Assembly (NCBI GenBank): GCA_023389575.1
Contig: JAEWEG010000014.1
Coordinates: 20,564-84,563, forward strand
Direction of reading: 5' to 3'
Source: Chloroflexota bacterium
Lineage (GTDB): Bacteria; Chloroflexota; Chloroflexia; Thermomicrobiales; UBA6265
DNA length: 64,000 nucleotides
Of the stretch, positions 9,480-19,811 are shown in pieces (position 1 is the first letter of the stretch; the number at the start of each line of letters is the position of its first letter). The notes beneath the pieces were generated by a model, which worked only from the letters and a program-made list of their open reading frames with translations, searched no databases and was not told the origin of the DNA. A program made the translations under genes and the position numbers.

Positions 9480-9550
9480 GTCCCGAGCATGCCGCCATCG
9501 AGGGTGCGTGCTTCCCCCTGGGACAACAGGTTGAACCACCTGGAGGATAC

Positions 9551-10897
9551 GTGTTCCTGATTCGTCGTTCGAGATCGACGCAGCGTCGCCAAGCCCGGCT
9601 GGCACCCTACAACAGCGTCGCCAATGCGTTCCTGCAGTCGATGGCCGATACCGCCCTGAATCCAGTCATCGTGCTCGCCGCCGTCGCGTTCCTGCTCGGA
9701 GGCACCAACACCCAGATCGTCGCCTTCAGCGTCATCGCGATGGCCGCCTGGACGCTTACTCCACTAGCCCTCCTGGCGATTCGGCCGATGATTGGCCGCC
9801 CATATCCGCTCGTTTTCGGCTCCGCCGCCATTCGCCTGGGCGCCATCGCCACCATTGGCTGGACCGGCCTGAACATCAACGACTGGTCATCGACCAGGAT
9901 CCTCAGCACGCTGGTTGGGGCATACCTCGTCTACCAGGTCGCGTCGTCGATCACGGCGCAGTCCAGTGTCGGGTTGCTCGCTGCCGCGTTTCGGGGCTCT
10001 TCTGGCAAGCGACAGCTTCGGTGGCGATCCATCGTCGCGCTGGCGGCCTCGCTCGTGGTGGGCTGGATAGCCTGGAGCATCCTTGATTCCGGGCAATCGC
10101 TTCAGGACAGCGTCGGGAACCTCCTGATCCTCGCGACGCTGACGGTCGCCGGCGCAACCTGGTTCCTGCTATCGATTCCCGCTGGCCAGGTGAGCACGAG
10201 GTCCTCGCGCCCACGAGGCCAGGTCGCCGCTCTCCGCAAGTCGCTCTCCACCTCCGCGTTCCGGCGCTTCGCATCCTACAAGCTCCTGCTGGCGATGGTC
10301 GCGGCGATGGACCCGTTCCTGATCGTCCATGGCTTTTTCGAGTTGAACCTGGATGTCCGCTACATCGGTTGGGCGCTTCTTGCCTGGGCGACGGGCCACG
10401 TGGTCGGAAACGCGCTATGGCCACGCTGGATCGCGCAGACTGGCCCCCGGATTCCGTTCCAGATCGCGGCGGCGCTGCGCCTGCTGCTCCTGCTCCTGGT
10501 GGTATCGCTCCCGAGCCTCGCCACGAGTAGCCTCTACCTCGACCGGTTCGACGGCCAGGAGCCCGCCATGCGGTTCTTCGCCTCCTCCTTCGCCCTCCTC
10601 GGCCTGGCGGCGAGCACCGGCAACTCGGCGAATCAGCGCTACCTGATGGATATCTCGCCCCGTGGAGAGGCTGGCGGAGCCGTGGTCTCCGCCAACCTGG
10701 TCGCGGCCATCGGTGCCTTCTTCCCGCTTGTGGCCGCATGGTCCATCGACCGGTACGATCTGGACATGGCGTTCTGGGGGGCAATCGGCCTCGCCGTGCT
10801 GGCGCTGATCGCCAGTGGACTGCTGCCCAACTCCCGTGTCCGTATCCGCGGCTCGGCGGGTTCCTGGCGCAACAGGCCGAGCCCTCAAACCGCGTAG
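9551..10897 (+). CDS. MFS-type transporter (multi-pass membrane protein)
   Basis: 448-aa ORF with about 12 hydrophobic segments and a central basic loop. The start is uncertain (GTG 9551 or ATG 9641). Confidence 0.6.
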   Translation: MFLIRRSRSTQRRQARLAPYNSVANAFLQSMADTALNPVIVLAAVAFLLGGTNTQIVAFSVIAMAAWTLTPLALLAIRPMIGRPYPLVFGSAAIRLGAIATIGWTGLNINDWSSTRILSTLVGAYLVYQVASSITAQSSVGLLAAAFRGSSGKRQLRWRSIVALAASLVVGWIAWSILDSGQSLQDSVGNLLILATLTVAGATWFLLSIPAGQVSTRSSRPRGQVAALRKSLSTSAFRRFASYKLLLAMVAAMDPFLIVHGFFELNLDVRYIGWALLAWATGHVVGNALWPRWIAQTGPRIPFQIAAALRLLLLLLVVSLPSLATSSLYLDRFDGQEPAMRFFASSFALLGLAASTGNSANQRYLMDISPRGEAGGAVVSANLVAAIGAFFPLVAAWSIDRYDLDMAFWGAIGLAVLALIASGLLPNSRVRIRGSAGSWRNRPSPQTA

Positions 10898-10945
10898 CCT
10901 CTCGTCCCGTCCTCACGAGTCAATCCACCGGAGCAGTGATAGACC

Positions 10946-12082
10946 ATGAAGATTGAGCGATTCGAGCTCGAACGATGGATGACCCGGTGGGAACTGGAGG
11001 TCACCCACGACATTTGCGAGAGTGGCATCCTCCCCATGTCGCTTGACGAGCTGTACAGCCTGATTGGCTCGTCGTCGGCGTCACGGCTTGAGGAAGCGAT
11101 TCGCACGATGCCGCTTAGCTACTCCGAGGCCCGTGGCACGGAGGAACTGCGCGGTCTCCTGGCCAGCACATACGCCGACGCCACGGCCGACGACATCCTG
11201 GTGACCACCGGCGCGATCGAAGCGAACTTCCTGGCTTTCAACACACTCCTGAACCCAGGCGACCACGTCGTGGCCGTTTCGCCCGCCTACCAGCAACTGC
11301 ACAGCGTCCCCAGGGCGATCGGCGCGGAGGTGGACCTCTGGGATCTCCAGGTACCCGGCGGCGGGTTCGCCTACGATCTAGACCGGCTCGAATCGCTGCT
11401 CCGCCCAAGCACCCGCCTCATCGTGATCAACACGCCTCACAACCCAACCGGCGCCGTGCTGGACAGCGCGGCTCTCGATCGCATCATCGAGCTGGCCAGG
11501 GAACGGGACGCCTGGATTCTCTCCGACGAAGCCTACCGATGGCTGGAGTTCCCCGGAGGTGACAACCTCGTGGAGCCAACCCGGAACCGGTATGAGAAAG
11601 CGATCAGCGTCGGCACGGTTTCCAAGCCGTTCGGCATGCCCGGCCTTCGCATCGGATGGCTGGCCGCCAACGCGGACATCGCCGCCCAGTCCTGGGCGCT
11701 TCGCGACTATGTCTCCCTCAGTCCCTCGAAAATCAGCGACGCCGTCACCTGCGCGCTCATCGAGCACCGGGAGCGGATCATGCCGCGCAACCAGGCGATC
11801 ATGAGCGAGAACCTCGCGTTCGCCACGGAGTGGTTCGAGCGGAACGCCGCCCGCGCTAGCTGGACGCCTCCCAAAGCCGCGCTGCTCGCCATGATGACCT
11901 ACACGGCGCCCATCGACTCCGTCACGCTGGCGAACAGGCTCGCTGGTGAGGCTGGCGTCATGCTCGCCCCCGGAGCCGCCTTTGGGTTGGAGGGCCACCT
12001 CCGCATTGGCATCGGCCAGCGCCCGGAGATTTTCCGAGAGGGTCTGGAGAAGACGGGCGACTTCCTCCGGTCCCTGGCCTGA
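10946..12082 (+). CDS. PLP-dependent aminotransferase, class I/II
   Basis: 378 aa with NTPHNPTG and SVGTVSKPFGMPGLRIGW (PLP-lysine motif). Specificity is not assignable. Confidence 0.8.
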   Translation: MKIERFELERWMTRWELEVTHDICESGILPMSLDELYSLIGSSSASRLEEAIRTMPLSYSEARGTEELRGLLASTYADATADDILVTTGAIEANFLAFNTLLNPGDHVVAVSPAYQQLHSVPRAIGAEVDLWDLQVPGGGFAYDLDRLESLLRPSTRLIVINTPHNPTGAVLDSAALDRIIELARERDAWILSDEAYRWLEFPGGDNLVEPTRNRYEKAISVGTVSKPFGMPGLRIGWLAANADIAAQSWALRDYVSLSPSKISDAVTCALIEHRERIMPRNQAIMSENLAFATEWFERNAARASWTPPKAALLAMMTYTAPIDSVTLANRLAGEAGVMLAPGAAFGLEGHLRIGIGQRPEIFREGLEKTGDFLRSLA

Positions 12083-12088
12083 CAACAC

Positions 12089-12128
12089 GCACGACAAAGC
12101 CCTGGCGATCGCCAGGGCTTTGTCGTGC
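12089..12128. terminator. Bidirectional hairpin between convergent genes
   Basis: Perfect 18-bp stem GCACGACAAAGCCCTGGC / GCCAGGGCTTTGTCGTGC with a GATC loop. Confidence 0.7.
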
Positions 12129-12150
12129 GCGTCGTTGAGTCGTTTCGATC

Positions 12151-13722
12151 CTACTCGTCGACCACGACGGTCTGGGACTGCTCCCTCAGGAATTGCATCA
12201 CGTAATACGGGCCCAGCGCGCCCTTGCCGGTGGAGCCACTGCCCTTCCAGCCGCAGAACGGCTGCGATTCCGGCCAGGCGCCAGTGGTGGCACCGCCCTT
12301 GCGGTTCGCATAGGTGACACCGGCCTCGATGCGGTCGAAAAAGGTGGCGATCTCGTCTTCGTCCTCGGAGAAGATGCCGGCCGTTAGCCCATACTCCGTG
12401 TCGTTCGCGGCTTCGAGCGCCTCATCCAGCGAGTCGACCGGGCCTACCGCCAGGAAGGGCAGGAACAATTCGCGATGGAACAGCTCGTGGTCGAGCGGCA
12501 GGCCATCGACGATCGTCGGCTCCACGAAGGTGCCGTTGGCGAACCCGTCGCCCGATGGACGGCCGCCACCGACTCGAACGTTGCCGCCGTCCGCCAGGGC
12601 GACCGCCTCCGTGAAGCGCTCCACGGCGCTTTCGTCGATCACCGGGCCGACGAACACATTCCGATCCGTGGGATCGCCGACCACTAGTTCCTTTGTCCGC
12701 GCCACCAGGCGATCCATGAAATCGTCGTAAATGCTTCGGTCGACATACGCCCGCGAGCACGCGGAGCACTTCTGCCCGGAGAATCCGAAGGCCGAGCGAA
12801 CCACTCCCTCGACCGCCTTGTCCAGGTCGGCGTTCGCGGTCACGATGGTGGGGTTCTTCCCGCCCATCTCCGTGATGATCGGCTTCGGGAACACGGTGCT
12901 GAAGGAGTTGTAGAGGTCCATGCCGACCTCCTTGGATCCGGTGAACACCGCTCCGTCCACGCCAGCATGCTTGACGAGCGGCTCGCCAACCTCACGACCG
13001 CCGCCGGTGATGAAGTGGAGGACATCCTCTGGCACGCCGCCGGCGATAAGCGCTTCGTACAGGGCGTATCCGGAAAGCGCCGTGGTCGACGACGGCTTGA
13101 AGACGACGGTGTTTCCGGCCACCAGCGCCCCGCCAATCGGTCCAGCGGCCAGCGCGTGCGGGAAGTTGAACGGAGCCAGGATCGCCCACACCCCAAACGG
13201 CTTCAGCACGGAGATGTTCTTTTCGCGCGGGTCGAGCGACTCCATCAGAAGGCGGAAGCCATCGGCCATCACCATCTGCTTGGCGTAGTAGTCGAGCAGG
13301 TCCGCGCCCTCCTCCACCTCGCCAATGGCTTCCGTGCGGGACTTGCCGCACTCGTGCATCATGATCGCCGCGAGATCGAACTTCCGCTTGCGAATCTCGT
13401 CCGCCGCGCTCTGCACGATCGCGACTCGTTCCTGCCACGGCCGGGCGGCCCAGGCGGGATAGGCTCGCCGGGCCGCCGCGACCGCCGCGTCGATGTCCTC
13501 GGCGGTGCCGGATTGCATTCGGGCAAGCACGCGCGTGGTGTCCGCGGGAGCAACGACGTCGAACGTCGGTCGTCCAGTGACCGGCTTACCATCAATCACG
13601 ATGGGATACTCGGCACCGAGGGACGACTCGAACCGTTCCAGCGCCTCATCGAACGACGAGTGCATGGCCTCGATTTGATCAGGAGTCGCGGTGTAGGTGA
13701 TCTTGGGGGCTGCGGCGGCCAT
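12151..13722 (-). CDS. Aldehyde dehydrogenase family, L-glutamate gamma-semialdehyde (P5C) dehydrogenase-like
   Basis: 523 aa with FTGS..VG, EMGGKNP and the catalytic Cys region GQKCSACSR. Length and N-terminus fit the PruA/RocA type. Confidence 0.8.
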   Translation of the reverse strand: MAAAAPKITYTATPDQIEAMHSSFDEALERFESSLGAEYPIVIDGKPVTGRPTFDVVAPADTTRVLARMQSGTAEDIDAAVAAARRAYPAWAARPWQERVAIVQSAADEIRKRKFDLAAIMMHECGKSRTEAIGEVEEGADLLDYYAKQMVMADGFRLLMESLDPREKNISVLKPFGVWAILAPFNFPHALAAGPIGGALVAGNTVVFKPSSTTALSGYALYEALIAGGVPEDVLHFITGGGREVGEPLVKHAGVDGAVFTGSKEVGMDLYNSFSTVFPKPIITEMGGKNPTIVTANADLDKAVEGVVRSAFGFSGQKCSACSRAYVDRSIYDDFMDRLVARTKELVVGDPTDRNVFVGPVIDESAVERFTEAVALADGGNVRVGGGRPSGDGFANGTFVEPTIVDGLPLDHELFHRELFLPFLAVGPVDSLDEALEAANDTEYGLTAGIFSEDEDEIATFFDRIEAGVTYANRKGGATTGAWPESQPFCGWKGSGSTGKGALGPYYVMQFLREQSQTVVVDE

Positions 13723-13761
13723 CGATTTCCTCCTTATGCAGGAGGGAACCCCGCCTGCACG

Positions 13762-14142
13762 CTACGAATACGGCCCAAGTATCGCTGAAATCTCTACCCG
13801 ATTCCCAAACGGGTCCGTGGTAAAGAATCGCGGCCGGTTGGGAATGGCGTCGGTGTCGGACGTCTCATAGCCGTTCTCGACCAGCTTCTTGCGAACACCA
13901 TCCGGGTTCTCGACCTGGATGCAAAGATGCTGGCCCGGCGAGTTGGGTCCGCGGTTGTCGGTATACAGGTGAATCTCATCGCCACTGTCGCCGATGGTGT
14001 ACCAGACGAACCGCTCGGTCCCCAACACCGCCGGCGGCGTGATCTCGGTCAACCCGAGGGTTTCGCCATAGAAGTGGCGACCCTTGTCGTTCTCGCCTTC
14101 ACGCATTGGCACGCTCGCGTGCTGCAACCGAATTGCCCCCAT
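13762..14142 (-). CDS. VOC (glyoxalase/bleomycin resistance/dioxygenase) family protein
   Basis: 126 aa. H-x-a...FYGETLGL...HLCIQV...DPFGNRVEI pattern. Confidence 0.75.
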   Translation of the reverse strand: MGAIRLQHASVPMREGENDKGRHFYGETLGLTEITPPAVLGTERFVWYTIGDSGDEIHLYTDNRGPNSPGQHLCIQVENPDGVRKKLVENGYETSDTDAIPNRPRFFTTDPFGNRVEISAILGPYS

Positions 14143-14177
14143 CGAACTTTCCTTTCCCTCGCGCGCGGTGACGATTG

Positions 14178-15464
14178 CTACTCGTCGATCACGGCCCGCG
14201 AACCTGGTCGAATGCCAACCCGCCTGCCAAGCCCGGCAAGGCCATGAAGCGCCCTGCGTCTCGCGGCTTCCGGTAGCGTCTCAGAAATAGCTCCCGTCGT
14301 CACCCCCTCCAGCGCGGGCAGGAGCGCCGGCATGGAGGCCCACTCCCAGGCAGGGCGCGCTCGCAGCACGAAGGTACGGCGGCGCTGGGTTGTCACGGGC
14401 CGGACCACTTCAGCTTCGAGCTGCCTCGAATACCGTGACAACGTTCTGGCCCCGAACTCGTGCTCCCGAACCGCGCCCTTGAGACACAGGGCGGCCGCGG
14501 CGCAGGCTTTCTGGTTGGTCGAAAGTCCATCTCGATTCAGGGGATTCGTCAGGCCAAGCAGGTCGCTCACCACCAGGACCCCATCGGCGTGGAACCGGTG
14601 AGGCCGGTCGAATCCGCCGATGGGTACCACCTCGGTGAAGAAGCGCTCCGCCCGCATGCCGTCCAACAGATCCGTAACCCACGGAATCGCCTTGAACTCG
14701 TCAAGATATTCCGTGATGTGCCTGGCGCTCGCCATCTCGTCCTCGAGAAGCATGGCGACCTCCACCGTAATCCCGGTCGAGCCTGGAACGATCATGCCGA
14801 CGCCCCAGGCTCCCCACGACGCCTGGAACCGGTGGGTGACGACCCGATGGCCTCCCTGGTCGATCTGGAAGCGCTCGTCGATGACGCTGGTCGGCGCGGG
14901 ATACCGTTCCTTGCAGAGATGCATCAACTCGGTTGGCAGCCAGTCGGGCCGCAGCCCGATCCTCTCCGCCAGTCGTGGGTCCGATTCATCCGCGAGGACC
15001 ACGACGTCGGCATCTATGGATTTGCCGCGCCCCTCGTCCACCACGCCGGTGACCGCCCCCTCGACGAGGCGTAACTGGCTGGCCGTGAACCCGTCAACGA
15101 CCTGCACTCCCCGCGGCACGACCTGTCGCTCAAGTGCGTCCAGCACCGCGCCATGCTCGATGGAGACGAGATCCAGCGGGACCTGATCGATGGTATCGGG
15201 CGAGGCCAGGCCAATCGATCGCCGAACCTCTCCGACCGGAAGCTTCTCCGCGTCGGAGACTTGGGCGCCGATCGCCCGGAGGTCGGCCCTGTCGAAGAGC
15301 CCCTGGTAGCACCTGGCCCTGGCCGGCTCCATGGCCTGGCGAAGCACGATCACGTCCGCGTTCACGTCGCCCAACAGGCTGGCCACCGCGAGCCCACTGA
15401 TGCCGGCACCCACGATGACGATGCGCGGTCGGTTGCTGGTGGTCTGCTGGACGATCGTGTGCAC
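14178..15464 (-). CDS. FAD-dependent oxidoreductase, FixC/ETF-quinone oxidoreductase-like
   Basis: IVIVGAGISGLA dinucleotide fold and ADGVLVVSDLLGLTNPLNRDG (FixC-like C-terminal FAD motif). Start trimmed to GTG 15464, 4 nt after the etfA stop. Confidence 0.65.
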   Translation of the reverse strand: MHTIVQQTTSNRPRIVIVGAGISGLAVASLLGDVNADVIVLRQAMEPARARCYQGLFDRADLRAIGAQVSDAEKLPVGEVRRSIGLASPDTIDQVPLDLVSIEHGAVLDALERQVVPRGVQVVDGFTASQLRLVEGAVTGVVDEGRGKSIDADVVVLADESDPRLAERIGLRPDWLPTELMHLCKERYPAPTSVIDERFQIDQGGHRVVTHRFQASWGAWGVGMIVPGSTGITVEVAMLLEDEMASARHITEYLDEFKAIPWVTDLLDGMRAERFFTEVVPIGGFDRPHRFHADGVLVVSDLLGLTNPLNRDGLSTNQKACAAAALCLKGAVREHEFGARTLSRYSRQLEAEVVRPVTTQRRRTFVLRARPAWEWASMPALLPALEGVTTGAISETLPEAARRRALHGLAGLGRRVGIRPGSRAVIDE

Positions 15465-15468
15465 CAGA

Positions 15469-16467
15469 CTAGTCCTGCTCCGGCTCGAGCGCCTGAACGA
15501 GGGCGGGAACAACCTCGAACAGGTCGCCAACGATCCCGTAGTCCGCCACCTTGAAGATCGGCGCGTCCGGATCGCGGTTGATCGCGACCACCGTCTCCGC
15601 GCCAGTGATCCCAACCAGGTGCTGCGGCGCGCCGGAAATGCCGACCGCCAGGTACAGCTTGGGACTCACTGAATGCCCCGTGGAACCCACCTGGTCGTTG
15701 TGCGAGCGCCATCCCGCGCCGACGGTGGCTCCGGAGGCTCCAACCGCGGCGTCGAGGGAACGCGCCAATTCCTCGACGATCGAAAAGTTCTCTGGCTTCC
15801 CAAGTCCACGCCCGCCCGAGACGATGCGCTCGGCCTCGGTGATGCCCTTCGGACCCGCCGTGTGCTCGTGGGAATCGATGAGCCGCACTCGCCGATCCGC
15901 CTCGCCGATCTCGGCCTCGACCGAGGTCACCGGCGCCATCTCGCCGGTGCCGGCTGGTGGAAACGAGCCTGGGGCGACAGTCATTAGCGCGGTTGCATCA
16001 CCGGAGAAGCTGAGTGTTGTCTGGAATCGCGTTCCATACAGGAGCCTGGTTGCCCATAATCGTCCCGACCCGTCGACCCCAACGGCCGAAACGTCCGCTG
16101 CCATGGGCGTCCTCAACCGGGCCGCCACTCGCGCCGCGTAATCCCGGCCGGTGATCGAACTCGGGATGAGCACGGCGCGGGGCTGGACATGACGAACCGC
16201 CTGCGTCACCGCGGCCACCCACGGCCCGGCGAGGAAGGGCTCCAACGCATCGTGCTCGACCGCCAGCACCTCATCCACCCCAGCGATGCCGGCGAACGCA
16301 TCGACCCGCGGACCAGCGGAAGCACAGGGCACCGCGACGATCACGCGGGAGCCGGTCGCATCGGCCAACCCCCTGGCCGCCGTGACGAGCTCCAGGCAGG
16401 TTGCACGCGGCTTGCCCCGAAACAGTTCGCCAATGACAAGAATGGGTGCTGAAGATGTCTCGCTCAT
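15469..16467 (-). CDS. etfA: Electron transfer flavoprotein alpha subunit
   Basis: VSGGRGLG...PKLYLAVGISGAPQHLVG...AINRDPDAPIF motifs. ATG 16467 overlaps the etfB stop (ATGA). Confidence 0.9.
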   Translation of the reverse strand: MSETSSAPILVIGELFRGKPRATCLELVTAARGLADATGSRVIVAVPCASAGPRVDAFAGIAGVDEVLAVEHDALEPFLAGPWVAAVTQAVRHVQPRAVLIPSSITGRDYAARVAARLRTPMAADVSAVGVDGSGRLWATRLLYGTRFQTTLSFSGDATALMTVAPGSFPPAGTGEMAPVTSVEAEIGEADRRVRLIDSHEHTAGPKGITEAERIVSGGRGLGKPENFSIVEELARSLDAAVGASGATVGAGWRSHNDQVGSTGHSVSPKLYLAVGISGAPQHLVGITGAETVVAINRDPDAPIFKVADYGIVGDLFEVVPALVQALEPEQD

Positions 16468-17243
16468 ATCAACTTCCGCTCCCGCAGCCATTCCACCAGT
16501 TGCCGCGCCGCTTCCGGAGCGGGTGTATCCCGCACGATGACCCCGCTGGCCTCGCGCTCCACGGCCACGGGTTCGTCCCAGGTCAGCGCCGGCGATTCTC
16601 CATCACCGGCGATGGTCACCACGTCGATGGGCTTCTTCTTCGCCGCCATCATGCCGCGAAGCGTCGGATGTCGTTGCTCCTCGTCACGCCCAGTCAGCAC
16701 CATCAGCACCGCCGGCGGCCGAACGCCCAACACCTCCTTGGTGCCCTCCGAATCCCGGCTGACATGCAACTCGCCATCGACCTGGTCGATATGAGTCACA
16801 AGCGTGACGTGAGGCCATCCAAGCAGTTCGGCGACCTGGAGTCCAGTCTGCCCGGTCTCGATATCCTCGGTCGATTGTCCCGCGATGACGAGATCGAAGC
16901 CTCGCTCGGCCACAAGATCCGCCAGGATTCGGGCCATGCGCGACGATTCAACCTCGTTGTGCTCAGGCAAATCCACCAGAATCGCATCGTCGGCGCCCGT
17001 CGCCAGACCGCGCAACAGGATCTCACGCACGCCTGGTGGGCCCGCGGAAATGACAGTGACCGATCCACCGAACCGTTCCTTCAACCCAATCGCGGCACCG
17101 ATTCCATACACGTCATACGTGTTGGTGATTCGTTCCTGCCCGACTACCGCCTTCCTGCTTACGGGGTCGATTGACACCGCGGTGGCGGGCGGGACCTGCT
17201 TGACGAGGACCGCGATGTTCAGGCCAGAAGATTCCACGCTCAT
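16464..17243 (-). CDS. etfB: Electron transfer flavoprotein beta subunit
   Basis: IAVLVKQVP...DLVIAGQSTED...GQTG.QVAELLGWP motifs. ATGA overlap with the upstream crotonase. Confidence 0.9.
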   Translation of the reverse strand: MSVESSGLNIAVLVKQVPPATAVSIDPVSRKAVVGQERITNTYDVYGIGAAIGLKERFGGSVTVISAGPPGVREILLRGLATGADDAILVDLPEHNEVESSRMARILADLVAERGFDLVIAGQSTEDIETGQTGLQVAELLGWPHVTLVTHIDQVDGELHVSRDSEGTKEVLGVRPPAVLMVLTGRDEEQRHPTLRGMMAAKKKPIDVVTIAGDGESPALTWDEPVAVEREASGVIVRDTPAPEAARQLVEWLRERKLI

Positions 17244-18022
17244 TCCAGCCCCTCGTCGCTGAATGTCGGGGTTCGCTTTTCCACGAAGGCGGTCATGCCC
17301 TCATCCTGATCGGCCGTCGTGAACGCCTCGGCGAACGCATTGGCCTCGGCGATCAGCCCACCGTCCACATCGCCATCGAAACTCCGTGCGATCAACCGCT
17401 TGGAGTCCCGCACGCACCGTGGACTGTTGGCCGCGATGGTTTCCGCCATCTCAAGCGCCTTCGGCATCAGGTCGGCGATGGGATGGACGGCGTTCACCAG
17501 CCCAATTCGCATCGCCTCGTCGGCCTTGACTCGCCGCCCGGTGAATATGAGTTCGGAGGCGATTCCGGGGCCAACGATTCGCGGCAATCGCTGCGAGCCA
17601 CCCCAGCCAGGAGGGATACCGAGCGACACCTCGGGCTGGGCGAACACCGCGTTCTCGGAGGCGATCCGAATATCGCACGCCAGGGCGAGTTCGCATCCGC
17701 CTCCCAGGGCGAAGCCGTTCACCGCTGCGATCACCGGTTGGGGCGCATCCGCCAAGGCCCGCGTCACCGCGTGTCCGAGTTCACCGAAGGCCTTTCCGCC
17801 GGCGGCATCGAGCGCCACCATCTCCTTGATATCCGCGCCAGCCACGAACGCGCGCTCTCCCGCGCCGGTAAGCACGATCGCCCGGACCCTGGGCGTCGAA
17901 CGCGCCTCATCGATCCTGGCAAGCAACTCCTGCAGCAGGCTGGTATTCAGTGAGTTGAGCCGCTCGGGCTCGTTGACGGTGATGATCGCGACATGGTCAC
18001 GCAGATCAAGATCAATCGCCAC
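17240..18022 (-). CDS. Enoyl-CoA hydratase/isomerase (crotonase family)
   Basis: ITVNEPERLNSL...FVAGADIKEM...AAVNGFALGGGCELALACD motifs. Start is GTG 18022 (AGGAGG upstream) or TTG 18058. Confidence 0.85.
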   Translation of the reverse strand: MAIDLDLRDHVAIITVNEPERLNSLNTSLLQELLARIDEARSTPRVRAIVLTGAGERAFVAGADIKEMVALDAAGGKAFGELGHAVTRALADAPQPVIAAVNGFALGGGCELALACDIRIASENAVFAQPEVSLGIPPGWGGSQRLPRIVGPGIASELIFTGRRVKADEAMRIGLVNAVHPIADLMPKALEMAETIAANSPRCVRDSKRLIARSFDGDVDGGLIAEANAFAEAFTTADQDEGMTAFVEKRTPTFSDEGLE

Positions 18023-18614
18023 GGTTGGTCGAACCTCCTGGCTGGTAAAGTTCGCCAAGCTCCTGCTTGTAAATCTGGCTCACTTCCACATACCGGCCAT
18101 GAATGCCCTTGAGGTGCGCCCGCTGCTCCTCGCTCAGGGCCGAGCGCTCCTTCGCCGGAACGCCAACCATCACCGTGCCGGCCAGAACGTCCGTCCGCTC
18201 GGAAATCAACGCGCCCGCCGCGATCACTGCGTCATCGCCAACGCTCGTGTAGGACATGACGATCGCGCCCATGCCCACGAGGACCCGGTCGCCGATAGTC
18301 GTGCCATGGATAATCGCCGTGTGGCCAATGGTGACATCCTCGCCAATCACCACCGGGGCATCGGCGTTGACGTGCACGAGCGTGCCATCCTGGACGTTGG
18401 TCCGGTCGCCAATCGTGATCGGGGCGATGTCCCCGCGGACGGTGACGTTGAACCAAATGCTGACTTCTTCCCCGATCTGGACGTTGCCGATCACCACCGC
18501 GCCGGGCGCCACGAAGGCGCTGTCGGCGATGGTGGGCCAGGCGCCCTCGTACGGAAGGATGATCGCTCCGGGAAATCGCTCGGCGTAGGTCGCCTGAATG
18601 GATTGCTGGTTCAC
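18012..18614 (-). CDS. Gamma-carbonic-anhydrase-like hexapeptide-repeat protein (PaaY/YrdA type)
   Basis: Left-handed beta-helix repeats (IGNVQIGEEVSIWFNVTVRGD...IGDRTNVQDGTLVH). GTGA overlap with the thiolase stop. Confidence 0.8.
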   Translation of the reverse strand: MNQQSIQATYAERFPGAIILPYEGAWPTIADSAFVAPGAVVIGNVQIGEEVSIWFNVTVRGDIAPITIGDRTNVQDGTLVHVNADAPVVIGEDVTIGHTAIIHGTTIGDRVLVGMGAIVMSYTSVGDDAVIAAGALISERTDVLAGTVMVGVPAKERSALSEEQRAHLKGIHGRYVEVSQIYKQELGELYQPGGSTNRGD

Positions 18615-19795
18615 GCTGCTTCCACCTGCACGATGATCGCGTCGCCCTGGCCGCCACCGGAGCAGATTCCGGCGGCGCCGATCCCTCCCCCGCGAGCCTT
18701 GAGCTCCTCGATCAGCGAAATCAAGACTCGCACGCCAGACGCGGCGAGAGGGTGTCCAAAGGCGATCGCGCCCCCGTTGACGTTGACGATCTCCGGGTCG
18801 ACGCCCAACCTCCGAGTCGACACGATCGCCACGCTGGCGAAGGCCTCGTTGATCTCCACCAGGTCGAGGTCGCTCGTTGACAGGTTCGCCTTTTCAAGCG
18901 CCTGTTGGATCGCCATGGCGGGCGTAAAGGCGAGATAGGCGGGATCCCAGGCGGACTGTCCCGTGGCGAGGATGCTGGCAGCCACCGGCAGTGAGCGGCT
19001 CCGAGCCCAGTCCTCCTCGGCGACAACCAGGGCCGCCGCGCCGTCGTTCAGGCCGGGAGCGTTGCCAGCGGTCACGCTGCTGTCCTCGCCAAAGGCAGGT
19101 TTCAGCTTCGCGAGCGCTTCCAACGACGTATCCGGTCGCGGCGCCTCGTCCCGCTCGACCACCACGGTTCGCTTCCGCTCCGCGACCTCCACCGGAACGA
19201 TCTGGCTGGAAAGTCTGCCCTCCTCGCGGGCGGCGACGGCCCGCTGATGGGACCGCAGGGCCCAGGCATCCTGCTCATCCCGGCGGACGCCCTGCTCGGC
19301 CGCCACGACGGAGCCATGCACGCCCATCAGGACGTGCTCCCGCGCGCAAATCAGCCCATCGGTATAGACCAGGTCTTCCAAGGCGCCGTTCCCGGCCTTC
19401 AGGCCGCTCCGGGCGCCACGGACGATGTACGGAGTCTGGGACATGCTCTCCATGCCGCCAGCGAGAATCGCCTGGTGCTCGCCGAGCCGGATGTCGTTGT
19501 TGGCGAGCGTGACGGCACGCATGCCGGAGCCGCAGACCCGGTTCACCGTATCCGCCGCCACCGTGCGATCGAGCCCGACGTTGAGCCCCACCTGGCGGGC
19601 GGGATTCTGCCCCGACCCGGCCTGGAGGACCTGCCCGAAATAGACGTGCCCGATGTCGCCAGGGTCGACTTCCGATCGCTTCAGGGCTTCCGTGGCCGCC
19701 AGCGACCCCAGTTCCACGGGTGACTTGGACGCCAACGCGCCATTGATTTTTCCGAAAGGTGTACGTGTTCCACCAAGGATGACGGAACGTGTCAT
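18611..19795 (-). CDS. Acetyl-CoA acetyltransferase (thiolase II)
   Basis: VNRVCGSGMRAV (active Cys), NEAFA, GGAIAFGHPLAASG, CSGGGQG. ATG 19795 has an AGGAGA RBS. Confidence 0.9.
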   Translation of the reverse strand: MTRSVILGGTRTPFGKINGALASKSPVELGSLAATEALKRSEVDPGDIGHVYFGQVLQAGSGQNPARQVGLNVGLDRTVAADTVNRVCGSGMRAVTLANNDIRLGEHQAILAGGMESMSQTPYIVRGARSGLKAGNGALEDLVYTDGLICAREHVLMGVHGSVVAAEQGVRRDEQDAWALRSHQRAVAAREEGRLSSQIVPVEVAERKRTVVVERDEAPRPDTSLEALAKLKPAFGEDSSVTAGNAPGLNDGAAALVVAEEDWARSRSLPVAASILATGQSAWDPAYLAFTPAMAIQQALEKANLSTSDLDLVEINEAFASVAIVSTRRLGVDPEIVNVNGGAIAFGHPLAASGVRVLISLIEELKARGGGIGAAGICSGGGQGDAIIVQVEAA

Positions 19796-19811
19796 GAAAG
19801 ATTCTCCTTGC

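Noticed and set aside
17319-18938. 539-aa plus-strand ORF. The same applies to 358-1875 (+), 6640-7629 (-), 7614-8612 (-), 9951-10916 (-), 27001-28005 (-) and 22035-23276 (+).
   Set aside because: All lie opposite to, or out of frame with, genes that carry strong family motifs. Their composition is Pro/Arg/Ala-rich, and I see no independent support for them.
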